From a virus (taxonomy: Duplodnaviria; Caudoviricetes), in the IMG/VR virus record IMGVR_UViG_3300044630_000587, positions 937 through 64,936 of that record: DNA of 64,000 nt. One strand, given 5' to 3'. Made by a program: the position numbers and the translations under genes. The notes under the pieces were generated by a model that was not told the origin of the DNA, searched no databases, and saw only the letters and a program-made list of their open reading frames with translations. Shown one piece after another: positions 53,968 through 63,204 of this stretch (the first letter of the stretch is position 1; each line of letters opens with the position of its first letter).

Positions 53968-53995
53968 ATCTTACTACTTTTTTAGTTTTGTGCAA
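53968..53995 (-). promoter_or_regulatory. promoter for the RNA and downstream late genes
   Basis: TTGCAC-N16-TAAGAT on the - strand; start would fall at the RNA 5' end. Confidence 0.55.
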
Positions 53996-54018
53996 CATGT
54001 TTTGCGTAAAATAGTTCA

Positions 54019-54507
54019 ATGAACTATTACAAAATACCGAGCAGGTCTGTAATTGCTAAAGAACTTTTGGAGTTTGCTATTACTGCGCAAAACTGGCAGG
54101 ACTATTACAACTTCAAAGCCATACAAGTACCTGTTGAGATGTTATCCAAAGATCCGTTTTTGGTAGACCTTTCCCGTAAACACCTGTTTGTAGCTGGAAT
54201 CGTCCAGCTTTCTCCCTATGTATGTTACGACTGGCACACAGATACCCGTAGGGGGGTGGGGGTCAACATGCTTTTAACCCCAGAAGTTAAGAGTCATTGC
54301 CTGTTTACAGGCTCAGAAGGGGCACAGTTTCCCTTTGAAGAATTGGTCTACGAGCCTGATACTTACTACCTTTTTAACACCCAAATGCGGCATACGGTCA
54401 TTAATTTCTATGAACCAAGATACCTATTTACCCTAGAATTTGCTGCAGATAAAGACCAACTTTCCTTTGAAAATCTGCTGGAACAAATAAAAAACCCCGC
54501 TGTTTAG
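54019..54507 (+). CDS. 2OG-Fe(II) oxygenase-like protein inserted antisense in the late operon
   Basis: WHTD...N...FNT...HTVIN...R pattern (HxD...H...R). Confidence 0.65.
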   Translation: MNYYKIPSRSVIAKELLEFAITAQNWQDYYNFKAIQVPVEMLSKDPFLVDLSRKHLFVAGIVQLSPYVCYDWHTDTRRGVGVNMLLTPEVKSHCLFTGSEGAQFPFEELVYEPDTYYLFNTQMRHTVINFYEPRYLFTLEFAADKDQLSFENLLEQIKNPAV

Positions 54508-54516
54508 GCGGGGTTT
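54486..54516 (-). terminator. terminator after the major capsid gene, possibly bidirectional
   Basis: AAACCCCGC-N7-GCGGGGTTT followed by TTTATTT on the - strand. Confidence 0.8.
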
Positions 54517-54535
54517 AGTACAACTTAGGTGCTGA

Positions 54536-55444
54536 TTAAGCGCCTGGTGATGCGAACATTCCGAGCGGATCCGAGAATCCGAAAGAATAACGCTCACGGC
54601 TCTTGTAGCGTACGTTGCCTGTATCAAAGTCACCGTCCATAGAATTGGAGAGTGGTGTACGGACAAAGTGCTTCATACCGTTTGGAACATCAGTTGTGAG
54701 GAACCATGCGTTTGTATCGGTCAGGTAGTTATTAACTGTATAACCTTCTGGGATAGAACCGTTGTTCTTCAGTGCGTTGATGTCGTTATCGGTTGTACCA
54801 ACACGCAATTCGGTTTCGAGCAAACGAGTTGCAACGAACTGTAGTGCAGGTGGAACAATCAACTTACGGGGTTTAGCAGCGATGAGCAAACCACGCTCGT
54901 CTGTCCAAGCAGCGATCTGAATAACGGCGGCTTCCAAAGAAGTCTCGTTTAAGTCAGCGCCAGTTGAAGGACGGTTGCTGTTTACGCCACCAGATACTAA
55001 TGGATGTTGTGTGCTAAATAGAGCAACACCGTCACCACCTGGGAAGTTACTGCTGAAACCATTGTTCAATACAGAAGCTGCACGAACTTGCTTGGTATAC
55101 GCCATGGAACGTGCCAAAGCCTTGGTATAACGAGCTGACAAGGAGTCATACAAGTTATCTTCAATTGCTTCTTCGGTCAGAGAGAAACCCTGAGCGATAG
55201 TTACGTGGGTATAACGAGCAGTAAATGCCTCTTGTGCGTTGTCATACTGGATTGGTGCGCCTTCGTTTTTAACGGCAGCGGCAGTAAAGCCAGACAACTT
55301 GGTTTCTTCTTCGAACGAACGCTCAGAGGTCTCAGTTTCGTAGATCTCTTTGTGCTGTTCACCATACGTTGCATACTCAAGACCAAACAATGCGTTCAGA
55401 CCTGGGAGCAACTCTTTCAGTAGTTGTGCACGTGAAATAGCCAT
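54536..55444 (-). CDS. major capsid protein (Mu gpT-like, HK97 fold)
   Basis: MAISRAQLLKELLPGLNALFGLEY, EEAIEDNLY, GDGVALFST.HP, LIVPPAL, RERYSFG.SDP. Confidence 0.9.
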   Translation of the reverse strand: MAISRAQLLKELLPGLNALFGLEYATYGEQHKEIYETETSERSFEEETKLSGFTAAAVKNEGAPIQYDNAQEAFTARYTHVTIAQGFSLTEEAIEDNLYDSLSARYTKALARSMAYTKQVRAASVLNNGFSSNFPGGDGVALFSTQHPLVSGGVNSNRPSTGADLNETSLEAAVIQIAAWTDERGLLIAAKPRKLIVPPALQFVATRLLETELRVGTTDNDINALKNNGSIPEGYTVNNYLTDTNAWFLTTDVPNGMKHFVRTPLSNSMDGDFDTGNVRYKSRERYSFGFSDPLGMFASPGA

Positions 55445-55454
55445 TTATAGCTCC

Positions 55455-56078
55455 TTATGCAGTGTAATTCAACGCAGAAGTCACGTTGTATTGGTGGTTA
55501 TTGAACTTTACTAATACTTCAGTAAAGGCATTAGCGCCAGTAGCTGTATCAGGAATAACTGCAATAACACGAACTGGAAGGGCTGCTGCGTTACCTTCTG
55601 CGGTAGTAGCTACGACAGAAAGACCAGAGTTACCAGTAGTGTTAGAGCCTGTGCCCTGAACGATTGCCATATTGGTGCCAACAATGCTCTGGTTTACAGT
55701 CGACATAGCGCTGTTTGCCAAAGTTACTGCAACACGGAAGGCTGCCAAAGGATCATCAACTACGAAAGCAACAGCGCTGGTAGCAGCGGCATTACCTGGA
55801 TAGTATTGAGCCTGAACGGTTTGACCTTGGCTGTTTACATACTGAACACCAACAAACACACCAACGGTGTTATTTGCAGCTGCTGTAGTAGCGTCCACAG
55901 TTACGGTAGATTTTTGTACTGTGCCACCTGCGGCTACACGGACAATATCACCATCATAAATAGGCGTGTTATATGTGGAAGCAATCGGAATTTGACGAAT
56001 TGCACCAGCATATGGCAAGCCATCTACACGGTTTAGAGCCTGTAAGCCATAGGGAGCGTCAACGGTTGGATAAGCCAT
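55455..56078 (-). CDS. capsid-associated (decoration/minor head) protein
   Basis: PYGL...IYDGD.V...GVFVG.QY...VVDDP; directly upstream of the capsid gene. Confidence 0.65.
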   Translation of the reverse strand: MAYPTVDAPYGLQALNRVDGLPYAGAIRQIPIASTYNTPIYDGDIVRVAAGGTVQKSTVTVDATTAAANNTVGVFVGVQYVNSQGQTVQAQYYPGNAAATSAVAFVVDDPLAAFRVAVTLANSAMSTVNQSIVGTNMAIVQGTGSNTTGNSGLSVVATTAEGNAAALPVRVIAVIPDTATGANAFTEVLVKFNNHQYNVTSALNYTA

Positions 56079-56099
56079 TTGTATACTCCTAAATTAAAA

Positions 56100-56546
56100 T
56101 TAACCTTTACCAAAGGACGTAGTAGACTTTCTCTCGTTAAAGATAGGCATACGTGGGTCGCTTTGGCGCATAAGAGTGTTGTCTACAGCCGTCATTTGAG
56201 CCTCTGTTTGCGCAGCATAATGTCTATTACGCTGTTCTACAAACTCATCTGGGGTTTTGCAAAGCAACAAACCGCCAATCTCAATGTTGTCTTTATAACG
56301 ACTATTGGGATCGACTAACAACTGAAACTGAGGCTGTTCCTCAATGGCTACTGGCTCCCAACCTTCTCGCAGTTTTGCTGAAAGATTGCGGGGGTCAGCT
56401 TGATTAAGGGAAGCTACACGGATCCAACGATAACTAAAACCTGCCTGCTTATCTGGTTCTGGCAAAAGCTCTGGCTGAGCCCATGCGGTAGGACGCTCAT
56501 AAGTTAAGCGAGTTTCTGATTCACGATTGATTCTATTTGTAGCCAT
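56100..56546 (-). CDS. conserved head-module protein
   Basis: YRWIR...KLREGWEPV...IGGLLLCK.P. Confidence 0.7.
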   Translation of the reverse strand: MATNRINRESETRLTYERPTAWAQPELLPEPDKQAGFSYRWIRVASLNQADPRNLSAKLREGWEPVAIEEQPQFQLLVDPNSRYKDNIEIGGLLLCKTPDEFVEQRNRHYAAQTEAQMTAVDNTLMRQSDPRMPIFNERKSTTSFGKG

Positions 56547-56547
56547 T

Positions 56548-57537
56548 TCAAACCTCCAATTTTAAAAGTTCACGAACATATTGCTCTGGTGAGAGACCAA
56601 GTTTCTTTGCAAGCGCAACTTGCGTTTGCGTTAACCTGACTCGCTTTGGTCCTGTCGACCGAGTTGCAGAGGCTACGACCGTGGCAGGCTTCGCTTTGGG
56701 ACTGTCCCCTTTGGGCTTTTCCTTAACTTCTACTTCTTCTAACGGATCCTGGTCATCGTCAAAATTCTCAGGAAACCTTTTCCGCATTGTCTCGTCCAAC
56801 GTTGCGTAATATTTATCAGACCCAATCTGCATCCCTTGGCGCTTCAGCTTCTCATGGAGACCCAGAGCTGCTGCAGTCATTTCCTCGTCTTGTCCGAACC
56901 AGGAATTACGACCCTGCCATTCCGCTAGCTTCTCGTCCGTAGCTTGCGGTTGTGCGTTTTGGTACTGTTGACTCGTTTGTACATCATATTTTTCGTCTTG
57001 TAAAGGGGGTAACTTAAAGTTTTTCGCCCTTTCCAACAACATCTGAGCATCTGTCAGAGCTTGCTGTGCTTCGATAACCTTATCTGTATCGCCAGAATCG
57101 TACGCTTCTTTATAGTCACGCTTGGCTTTTTCAAGGCGCATCTCAGTCGTGGAAGTCATTGCAGCTTTATATTCTTCCTGACCATTCTCGAGCATCTGCT
57201 TGATACGACGGTTCTCTTCCATCAAACGCTGGGCAGCATCTAGTGCAGCGGCACGCTCTCTGTCAGCAGCTTCTTTAGCCCGACGCTCATCATTCCACAC
57301 ACGCTTCATGCGGATTAATTTGTCTTTAGCCTCTTTACTGTATTTGTCTAAGTCGTCAACGTCTACCTCAAGCTGCTTAACTTTCTCAGCATCTGGAGGA
57401 GTTCTACCCCGATCTTCTTCGGGGGTGTCGTCTTCTACCTCAATTTCAAGTTGTTCTTCTGTATCTACGGGTTTACCCTTAGTTACTTCTTCTTGTTCAT
57501 CGGGAAATTTGTATTCTTCGCCTTTAAATTCAGCCAT
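56548..57537 (-). CDS. capsid scaffolding protein
   Basis: Acidic coiled coil, W..RN.WFG, C-terminal LT..QVALAKKLGLS.EQY; GGAG SD before 57537. Confidence 0.75.
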   Translation of the reverse strand: MAEFKGEEYKFPDEQEEVTKGKPVDTEEQLEIEVEDDTPEEDRGRTPPDAEKVKQLEVDVDDLDKYSKEAKDKLIRMKRVWNDERRAKEAADRERAAALDAAQRLMEENRRIKQMLENGQEEYKAAMTSTTEMRLEKAKRDYKEAYDSGDTDKVIEAQQALTDAQMLLERAKNFKLPPLQDEKYDVQTSQQYQNAQPQATDEKLAEWQGRNSWFGQDEEMTAAALGLHEKLKRQGMQIGSDKYYATLDETMRKRFPENFDDDQDPLEEVEVKEKPKGDSPKAKPATVVASATRSTGPKRVRLTQTQVALAKKLGLSPEQYVRELLKLEV

Positions 57538-57547
57538 GTCCAGCTCC

Positions 57548-57955
57548 TTAAGTAAATTTACGTTTAATACCACGTGGGTCTAAAACTACGGCTTCTACAG
57601 AGTCATCATTAATAATGCGGAACTCTCGACCGTGAATAACCAAACGGGTGCCAGCATTGGGTCTAACTAGGACAAAATCACCCTTTTTACACCATGCTCC
57701 GTTGGGAAAACGTGTGGTATCTGAATAGCAATCAGGACCTAAATCAACCACAAATAGCACTGTGGTTAATAGTTCGTCATGTCTACGAGTCTCGTCTGAC
57801 TTGATAATGCCACTCTCAAACGCTTCTTCTGCTTCAGGAATAGCACACAAAATACGGTAGCCCTGCGGTTTAGGTAGTTGTGATGCCTTTTCTTCTGCTT
57901 CTTTGTTCAGTACTGCGGATAAATCTACTGCACTACTAAGGTTTAGTTCACTCAT
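57548..57955 (-). CDS. groES: GroES-like co-chaperonin
   Basis: LPKPQGYRIL, SGII, VVDLGPDCY, WCKKGDFV, FRIINDDSVEAVV. Confidence 0.85.
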   Translation of the reverse strand: MSELNLSSAVDLSAVLNKEAEEKASQLPKPQGYRILCAIPEAEEAFESGIIKSDETRRHDELLTTVLFVVDLGPDCYSDTTRFPNGAWCKKGDFVLVRPNAGTRLVIHGREFRIINDDSVEAVVLDPRGIKRKFT

Positions 57956-58139
57956 TGTCCGAGTTCTCCATCTTGGTTCTGAGGTCTTGAATTGTTCCGC
58001 ACGCAGCCTCGAGACCTCGAATCTGACCACATACGTATCGGTATTCTTCCATTGTCGGAATATTGCCTTGAGCTAGTCCGCTCTTGAGGAAGTCCATCCT
58101 GTCGATGTATTCCTTCAATAAATATTCTAGATTGTCCAA
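57948..58139 (-). CDS. small conserved head-module protein
   Basis: EEYRYVCGQIRGL; TTG start after GGAG. Confidence 0.7.
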   Translation of the reverse strand: MDNLEYLLKEYIDRMDFLKSGLAQGNIPTMEEYRYVCGQIRGLEAACGTIQDLRTKMENSDNE

Positions 58140-60626
58140 TTACTCTCCTTTTTTGGGTTTATAGTGCTCTTTCAAAGCGTCAACACCTGCTTCTAACAAC
58201 ATCTTCTCTTTCTCGTTCTTCATAGTCGCTGCGGACTTGAGAGCGTCATACTTCTGTTTTTCTGCATCATGTTGAATATTTGCAACTGCTTTGGCTTTAT
58301 CAATCTGAACTTTCTGTTCCTCAATAGCCAACTTCTGTTTATTAATCTCAGCATCTGCCATGTCCTTAGCGGCTTTACGAGCCTGGTCAGCTTGCTTGAT
58401 CTGAACTTCTTGCTGTTGTAACTGAAGGAGCGGATCTTGAGCTTGCTGCATCGCTTGTTGCTGGGCAGCTTGCTGCTGGTTCATCTGGAGTAACTGAGTA
58501 GCTGCTTGTGCCAACATCGGAGCCAACTTCGCCTCTACTGCTGGGTCCATATTAATTTCTTCACCGTTCTCATCTGCTTTAGGTGGTAAGGAAACACCCA
58601 ACTGCTTCTCAATCTCAATACGGTACTGGAAGCCTAAGTGCTCGTTGATGTGCGCCATCATTGCTGACTGGAGCGACTGAGCCATCGGGTTATTCTGTAG
58701 CAACGCCATGATCTTGGGATCCTGCATAGCAGACATGTGCACGGTGATATGTGCCTGGTGATCCTGATACTGGAACGCTTTTACAGGCTTCATCATCAAG
58801 ACATTCTGATTCTCTGATACTGGATCGGTCGGCTTCTGATCTTCTTCCATTGGGATAAGTTTTTGTGCATTCTTAATCCCCAGTACATCGAGCATCTGGC
58901 GGTGGAGAAGGGGCATGTTGTATAGCTGTGGGGCTCCTTGCGCAAGTTGAAGTACCGCTTGATACTGGACAATCTTTTGCGCCATCGTTGACGCATTCGG
59001 GTCCGATACAGGTATGACATCCACATTGTCGTAGTCACTCTTCTTAGCGAGACGTGATCCCTCAACTGGCTCATATGTGTACTCATCTGGTGTGTAGTCA
59101 GCAATAATTACTTTTAGCAGCTTCAGTTCTTGCTTCAAGCTATAGTGGATGCGTGCCTGAACTGCAGACATTACTTTGAGCGTACGCTCTAAGATAGCCA
59201 AGGTTGTACCTACTGGGGCGTTGGCAGACATATCCGATAAGTTCAAATCTGCTGTGTTAGCAAATCTGCGACCTTCTTCAATAATCTTGTCCATCAAACC
59301 AGCTAATACTTGGCTTGGCTCCTTATATGGGAGAGGCAGGATGTTATCCCGCATGCTTCCGCTTGGTACATCTACGTCACGGAACTCACCTGGGCTAATC
59401 GGGGTGTCGTCACCTTTGATCCGCAATCCACGGGTCTTAAAGCCACCTGGCAAGTTAGCAAGGGTTCCCGCATCAACTAATTGACGTATAAGAGAAGTAC
59501 CAGATTTAGCATAAGCCCCAATGAGATGGATAAGGCCAAAACAATAGAAGCCAAAGCCAGGTATATATCCGTAGTGAACAAAGTGCTGACGCTTCTGCAT
59601 AGTCTTGTCATCAGGCTGGTAATTGCGTCTAATCGAAAGAACATTCTGTGTCCCCTGCTCAATAGTTACTACGTATGGCAGCGCAACGCCTGTTGGCTCG
59701 CCGTCTTCATCCTTGTCTTCAAAACCAGGAAGATCAAGGTCAACGTGCATTTCTAAAATCTTGTAGCGATCATCCGATGTCGCACGGAATCCCATCTTCT
59801 CAGCAATCTTCTTCTCTACTTCATCCAGTGTATTAACTGGATCACCTAAGTCAACATCACGGTAAAAACCTGATACTTGCAGCTTGCGCAGCTCGTTCTC
59901 AGTCTTACGCATGACGTGCGTTACCCGTGGAGAGGACGCTAAATCCGATGCGCCGTATGGCACAACCACGTCTTCTGCTGGTACATAGAGTGCTACTTGA
60001 CGCTCAAGTGCTGGGTCGTAGTACACCTTTTTAAACGCATTACCTGCTAAACCCAAGCCCCAGAGCATACGCTCTGTCTCAGGACGGTATTCAGGCATCG
60101 CATCAGTTAACTGATAGTTCATGTCATCACGAACACGCTCTGACGCTGCTTTTTTCTCAGGTGTCTCTTTACCAATAATTAATGTCTTTACTGGCCCTGC
60201 TGCAGGGAATATGGACATCATTGTCTCTGCCTGGAACTTCACTAAAGCCTCGGAGAGGAGTGGGTGGTACACACCGCAAGCGCCTTCCCATGGCTCGCTA
60301 CGCTCTTCAATCTTCAAACCAAGGAGTTCTAAGCCGTCAACGTACGTCTGTATCCAATCTTTACGGGATGAGATGTCAGAATCAAAATCACCAATCAAAT
60401 CACCAGCAAGTTCCGCTAACTCACCCTCATCCATGCTTTCAGCAAGGTTGGCATTGAAATCTTCTTCAGCTTCTGCTTCTTCCATGCGTAGAATTGGCAC
60501 TCCATCAATACTTAGCTGTACGGATTCTGGATCTTCGATCTCAATCTCGACCTCCATTGGTTCTTCCATTGCCGCTGCTTCTTCAATACCCATAGGAGCT
60601 TGGTAGAGTGCCTTATCTATTGCCAT
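58140..60626 (-). CDS. portal protein
   Basis: 828 aa after the terminase; PWEGAC...HPLL, GNAFKKVYYD, GFYCFGLIH, DAGTLANLP, Gln-rich tail. Confidence 0.9.
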   Translation of the reverse strand: MAIDKALYQAPMGIEEAAAMEEPMEVEIEIEDPESVQLSIDGVPILRMEEAEAEEDFNANLAESMDEGELAELAGDLIGDFDSDISSRKDWIQTYVDGLELLGLKIEERSEPWEGACGVYHPLLSEALVKFQAETMMSIFPAAGPVKTLIIGKETPEKKAASERVRDDMNYQLTDAMPEYRPETERMLWGLGLAGNAFKKVYYDPALERQVALYVPAEDVVVPYGASDLASSPRVTHVMRKTENELRKLQVSGFYRDVDLGDPVNTLDEVEKKIAEKMGFRATSDDRYKILEMHVDLDLPGFEDKDEDGEPTGVALPYVVTIEQGTQNVLSIRRNYQPDDKTMQKRQHFVHYGYIPGFGFYCFGLIHLIGAYAKSGTSLIRQLVDAGTLANLPGGFKTRGLRIKGDDTPISPGEFRDVDVPSGSMRDNILPLPYKEPSQVLAGLMDKIIEEGRRFANTADLNLSDMSANAPVGTTLAILERTLKVMSAVQARIHYSLKQELKLLKVIIADYTPDEYTYEPVEGSRLAKKSDYDNVDVIPVSDPNASTMAQKIVQYQAVLQLAQGAPQLYNMPLLHRQMLDVLGIKNAQKLIPMEEDQKPTDPVSENQNVLMMKPVKAFQYQDHQAHITVHMSAMQDPKIMALLQNNPMAQSLQSAMMAHINEHLGFQYRIEIEKQLGVSLPPKADENGEEINMDPAVEAKLAPMLAQAATQLLQMNQQQAAQQQAMQQAQDPLLQLQQQEVQIKQADQARKAAKDMADAEINKQKLAIEEQKVQIDKAKAVANIQHDAEKQKYDALKSAATMKNEKEKMLLEAGVDALKEHYKPKKGE

Positions 60627-60635
60627 AATTCTTCC

Positions 60636-62183
60636 TTAGTAATAAGACCGTTTTTTCGGTCTAAATAATTGAATCTCGTCGGGCTCATCGTTCGGTAATC
60701 TAATGAATCCGCCCTGCCTAAACCGCATCAGCGCCATTACCGTCGAGTCTACAAGGTCATCATGACTCATAAACGGGAATCCCGCAATCTCTTCAACCAC
60801 TTCTTCAGCCCACCGTGTCTCTGGAACCCATACAAGTCCTGATCTAATGATGTCTGCTACAGAGTTTAAACGTGCGAGCTTATCTCCGCTACCCCTATGC
60901 GGGGTATATTCTTGAACAGGCATACCTGTGCGTCGTAATTCTTGATAAAGCGCTGTACCCGCAGACTTTTTCTCCACGATAAACGCATCGGGCTGCCATT
61001 CTTCCCATTGTTCCCACGCTAATGTCTTTAATTCTGGAAATTCCATGCGTTTTTTGATGCTGTTGAGCAAAATAATGGCGTGTGCGCTCGTTTCTTCGTC
61101 AAAAAACACGCCCCATGTCGTTAATGCAGTGAAGTCAGCACGATTATGTGTCTCTGCGGCGGCGTCAAGGGACATTATGAGGTATTCACACTCAGGTGGT
61201 GTCTCATTTTTCCACCATTTCCACCATTCTCGCTTGATTACAGAGGCTTCTTCCGCCGTTGGGTTCTGTTGATACTGGGCGTTCCACTGGAAAACAGGCA
61301 TAGATGCCTTGGTTCTACGCAGTGCCTCGAGAGAATACTGTTCAGGCCATAACGCAGCTTCTTCTGGAAGCCCATCGTTAAATATTGCAGGGAACTCTAC
61401 CCGTTCATACTGGTCCGCCTCATCGTTCTGGACCATATCTCGGATCACTCGACCCGTTAAGTCGTCTTGGTGCCATCTCGTTTGAATAATTGCGACCCTA
61501 CCACCAGGCATAAGGCGAGTACGAGCGCCATACGTAAACCATTCATACGCTTTTTCAAAGACGTCAAAGTTTCCATTAATAATGTCTTGCTCATTATGAG
61601 GGTCATCAACGAGTAATAGGTCAGCACCACGACCAGCAAGAGCAGAACCCACACCGCAAGCATAGTACTCACCGCCAACGTTAGTGTTCCATCGACCAGC
61701 AGACTTGTTATCCGCTGCCAAACTGACTGTTGGGAAAATCTGTTTATACGCAGGTTGGTCAATTAAGTTCCTCACTTTCCGTCCAAAGTCCACCGCCAAG
61801 TCCGTGGTGTGGGAGACCATCAGAACCTTTTTATCGGGGTGTTTGCCTAAAAACCAGGCAGGGAAGTAAATAGATACAAGCTGCGATTTACCGTGCCGTG
61901 GGGGGATATTGACGCAAACTCGGTCCTGCTTACCTTCTGCAATATCCATAAGCAGGTCTGCCAAGATGCGGTGATGTTTGCCAACCTTATAGTCAGGCTG
62001 CATTTTTTGGCAAAACGCTATCAAATCTAACCTACACGCTTTAGCCCACTTCCTTCTATCTAGCTCATCAGCCACCATGTCTAGCTCTAGGGCTTCTTCT
62101 TCCGAGAACTTGTCCAAATTATTTGCCAGAAACTCCAGCTCGGTGTCCGTCAGGGACTCCAGAGGACTAATGACTTCACTCAT
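60636..62183 (-). CDS. terL: terminase large subunit
   Basis: PPRHGKS Walker A, GRGADLLLVDDP Walker B, TRWH.DDL, YQQ.P, SLDAA, HDDLVDS. Confidence 0.95.
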   Translation of the reverse strand: MSEVISPLESLTDTELEFLANNLDKFSEEEALELDMVADELDRRKWAKACRLDLIAFCQKMQPDYKVGKHHRILADLLMDIAEGKQDRVCVNIPPRHGKSQLVSIYFPAWFLGKHPDKKVLMVSHTTDLAVDFGRKVRNLIDQPAYKQIFPTVSLAADNKSAGRWNTNVGGEYYACGVGSALAGRGADLLLVDDPHNEQDIINGNFDVFEKAYEWFTYGARTRLMPGGRVAIIQTRWHQDDLTGRVIRDMVQNDEADQYERVEFPAIFNDGLPEEAALWPEQYSLEALRRTKASMPVFQWNAQYQQNPTAEEASVIKREWWKWWKNETPPECEYLIMSLDAAAETHNRADFTALTTWGVFFDEETSAHAIILLNSIKKRMEFPELKTLAWEQWEEWQPDAFIVEKKSAGTALYQELRRTGMPVQEYTPHRGSGDKLARLNSVADIIRSGLVWVPETRWAEEVVEEIAGFPFMSHDDLVDSTVMALMRFRQGGFIRLPNDEPDEIQLFRPKKRSYY

Positions 62184-62827
62184 TTCTCTGTTTGTCCCTC
62201 AGTATTTTTTGGAACATCCTCACAAACAGGCTCTGCAACCGTATCGGTATTTTCTTCTAGCCCCAGTTCCGCATCAACATCAATACTTTCCCCGTTGACT
62301 TCAACCGCTTTTACGTCGGTCACATCGTCTGGGTGCATAAGTCTGTGGAGTTTAGAACGGATGGAATTGACTAGATCTTCGGTGGATCTGTGGGTTATTG
62401 TTACCTCGGACTTCTCTGTAAAGAGACCCACGTCGGTGATCTTACCCAGCATTTCCAAGGCTCGCAGCCTGGTGCGATCGTCTGGTGACTCTGAATCTAT
62501 GATGAGTTTGTTCGTTACCAAGAGCCTAATCTGCATGGCGTTGTCCACTACTCGGAGGCTGTACTCATCCAAAATAGCTTTAACGTTCTTATATACAGCA
62601 GGTTTTTGGTCTTTTTTAGTTAGCTGCTTGTTGGCTTTTTCCTCGTTTTCTGCTACCGCATAGGCAGCTTTTTCAGCAACGAGCTTGTCTTCCTCGGTTG
62701 GCTCCATGTCCAAGTCGAGTAGTGCCGCAGTGTTACAGGCGGCTTGTGCCTTTTCTATAAAGTTAGCCAAGACGGGGTTGTCGTCAGGGAACGGAATAGA
62801 TAGGTCAGGTTCAACGTGTAACTGCAT
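62180..62827 (-). CDS. probable terminase small subunit
   Basis: Immediately upstream of terL; RLRALEMLGK..DVGLF.EK.E motif. Confidence 0.65.
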   Translation of the reverse strand: MQLHVEPDLSIPFPDDNPVLANFIEKAQAACNTAALLDLDMEPTEEDKLVAEKAAYAVAENEEKANKQLTKKDQKPAVYKNVKAILDEYSLRVVDNAMQIRLLVTNKLIIDSESPDDRTRLRALEMLGKITDVGLFTEKSEVTITHRSTEDLVNSIRSKLHRLMHPDDVTDVKAVEVNGESIDVDAELGLEENTDTVAEPVCEDVPKNTEGQTEK

Positions 62828-62865
62828 CTTGCCTAATGTCCAGACTAAAAGATGTTAATAGGCGA

Positions 62866-62895
62866 AGTATATAGGAAAACGAAAAAATTACACAA
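62866..62895 (-). promoter_or_regulatory. candidate promoter of the late operon
   Basis: TTGTGT-N18-TATACT on the - strand. Confidence 0.45.
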
Positions 62896-62900
62896 AAAAA

Positions 62901-63059
62901 TTTTTGGGGTGGGGGGTACTTAGACACATGACGGGGGGTGTTTCTAGGTAGGTATTTATTTTTACTTGGGGCCGAAATGGAAATTTTAGACATGTAGCGT
63001 GCAAAATAGCAAACCAGTAGCTGGCGGAGTCCCAACTGACAATTTTGGGGGGTGGGGTA
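62901..63059. other. non-coding G-tract region between the divergent late and early arms
   Basis: TTTTTGGGGTGGGGGGTA (62901-18), GGGGGG (62933-38), TTTTGGGGGGTGGGGTA (63043-59). Confidence 0.6.
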
Positions 63060-63080
63060 TTGCTGTTTTCGGCTAGGTAA

Positions 63081-63102
63081 AAGTTAGTCGCTCGACTAAC
63101 TT
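63081..63102. repeat. early-region palindrome copy with 10-bp arms
   Basis: AAGTTAGTCG-CT-CGACTAACTT. Confidence 0.9.
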
Positions 63103-63120
63103 AATAAATTATATTATCCC

Positions 63121-63150
63121 TTGTTTAACCCTATCAAATCGTGGCATACT
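63121..63150 (+). promoter_or_regulatory. candidate early promoter
   Basis: TTGTTT-N18-CATACT with TGn extension. Confidence 0.45.
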
Positions 63151-63204
63151 GTAATCAGTGGTTCGGGGCGATTGACTCACGACACTATTTTGAAAGGAAT
63201 CAAA

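Noticed and set aside
62811-63035. 74-aa minus-strand ORF upstream of the small terminase
   Set aside because: It runs through homopolymer tracts and a candidate promoter, has a TTG start and no SD.
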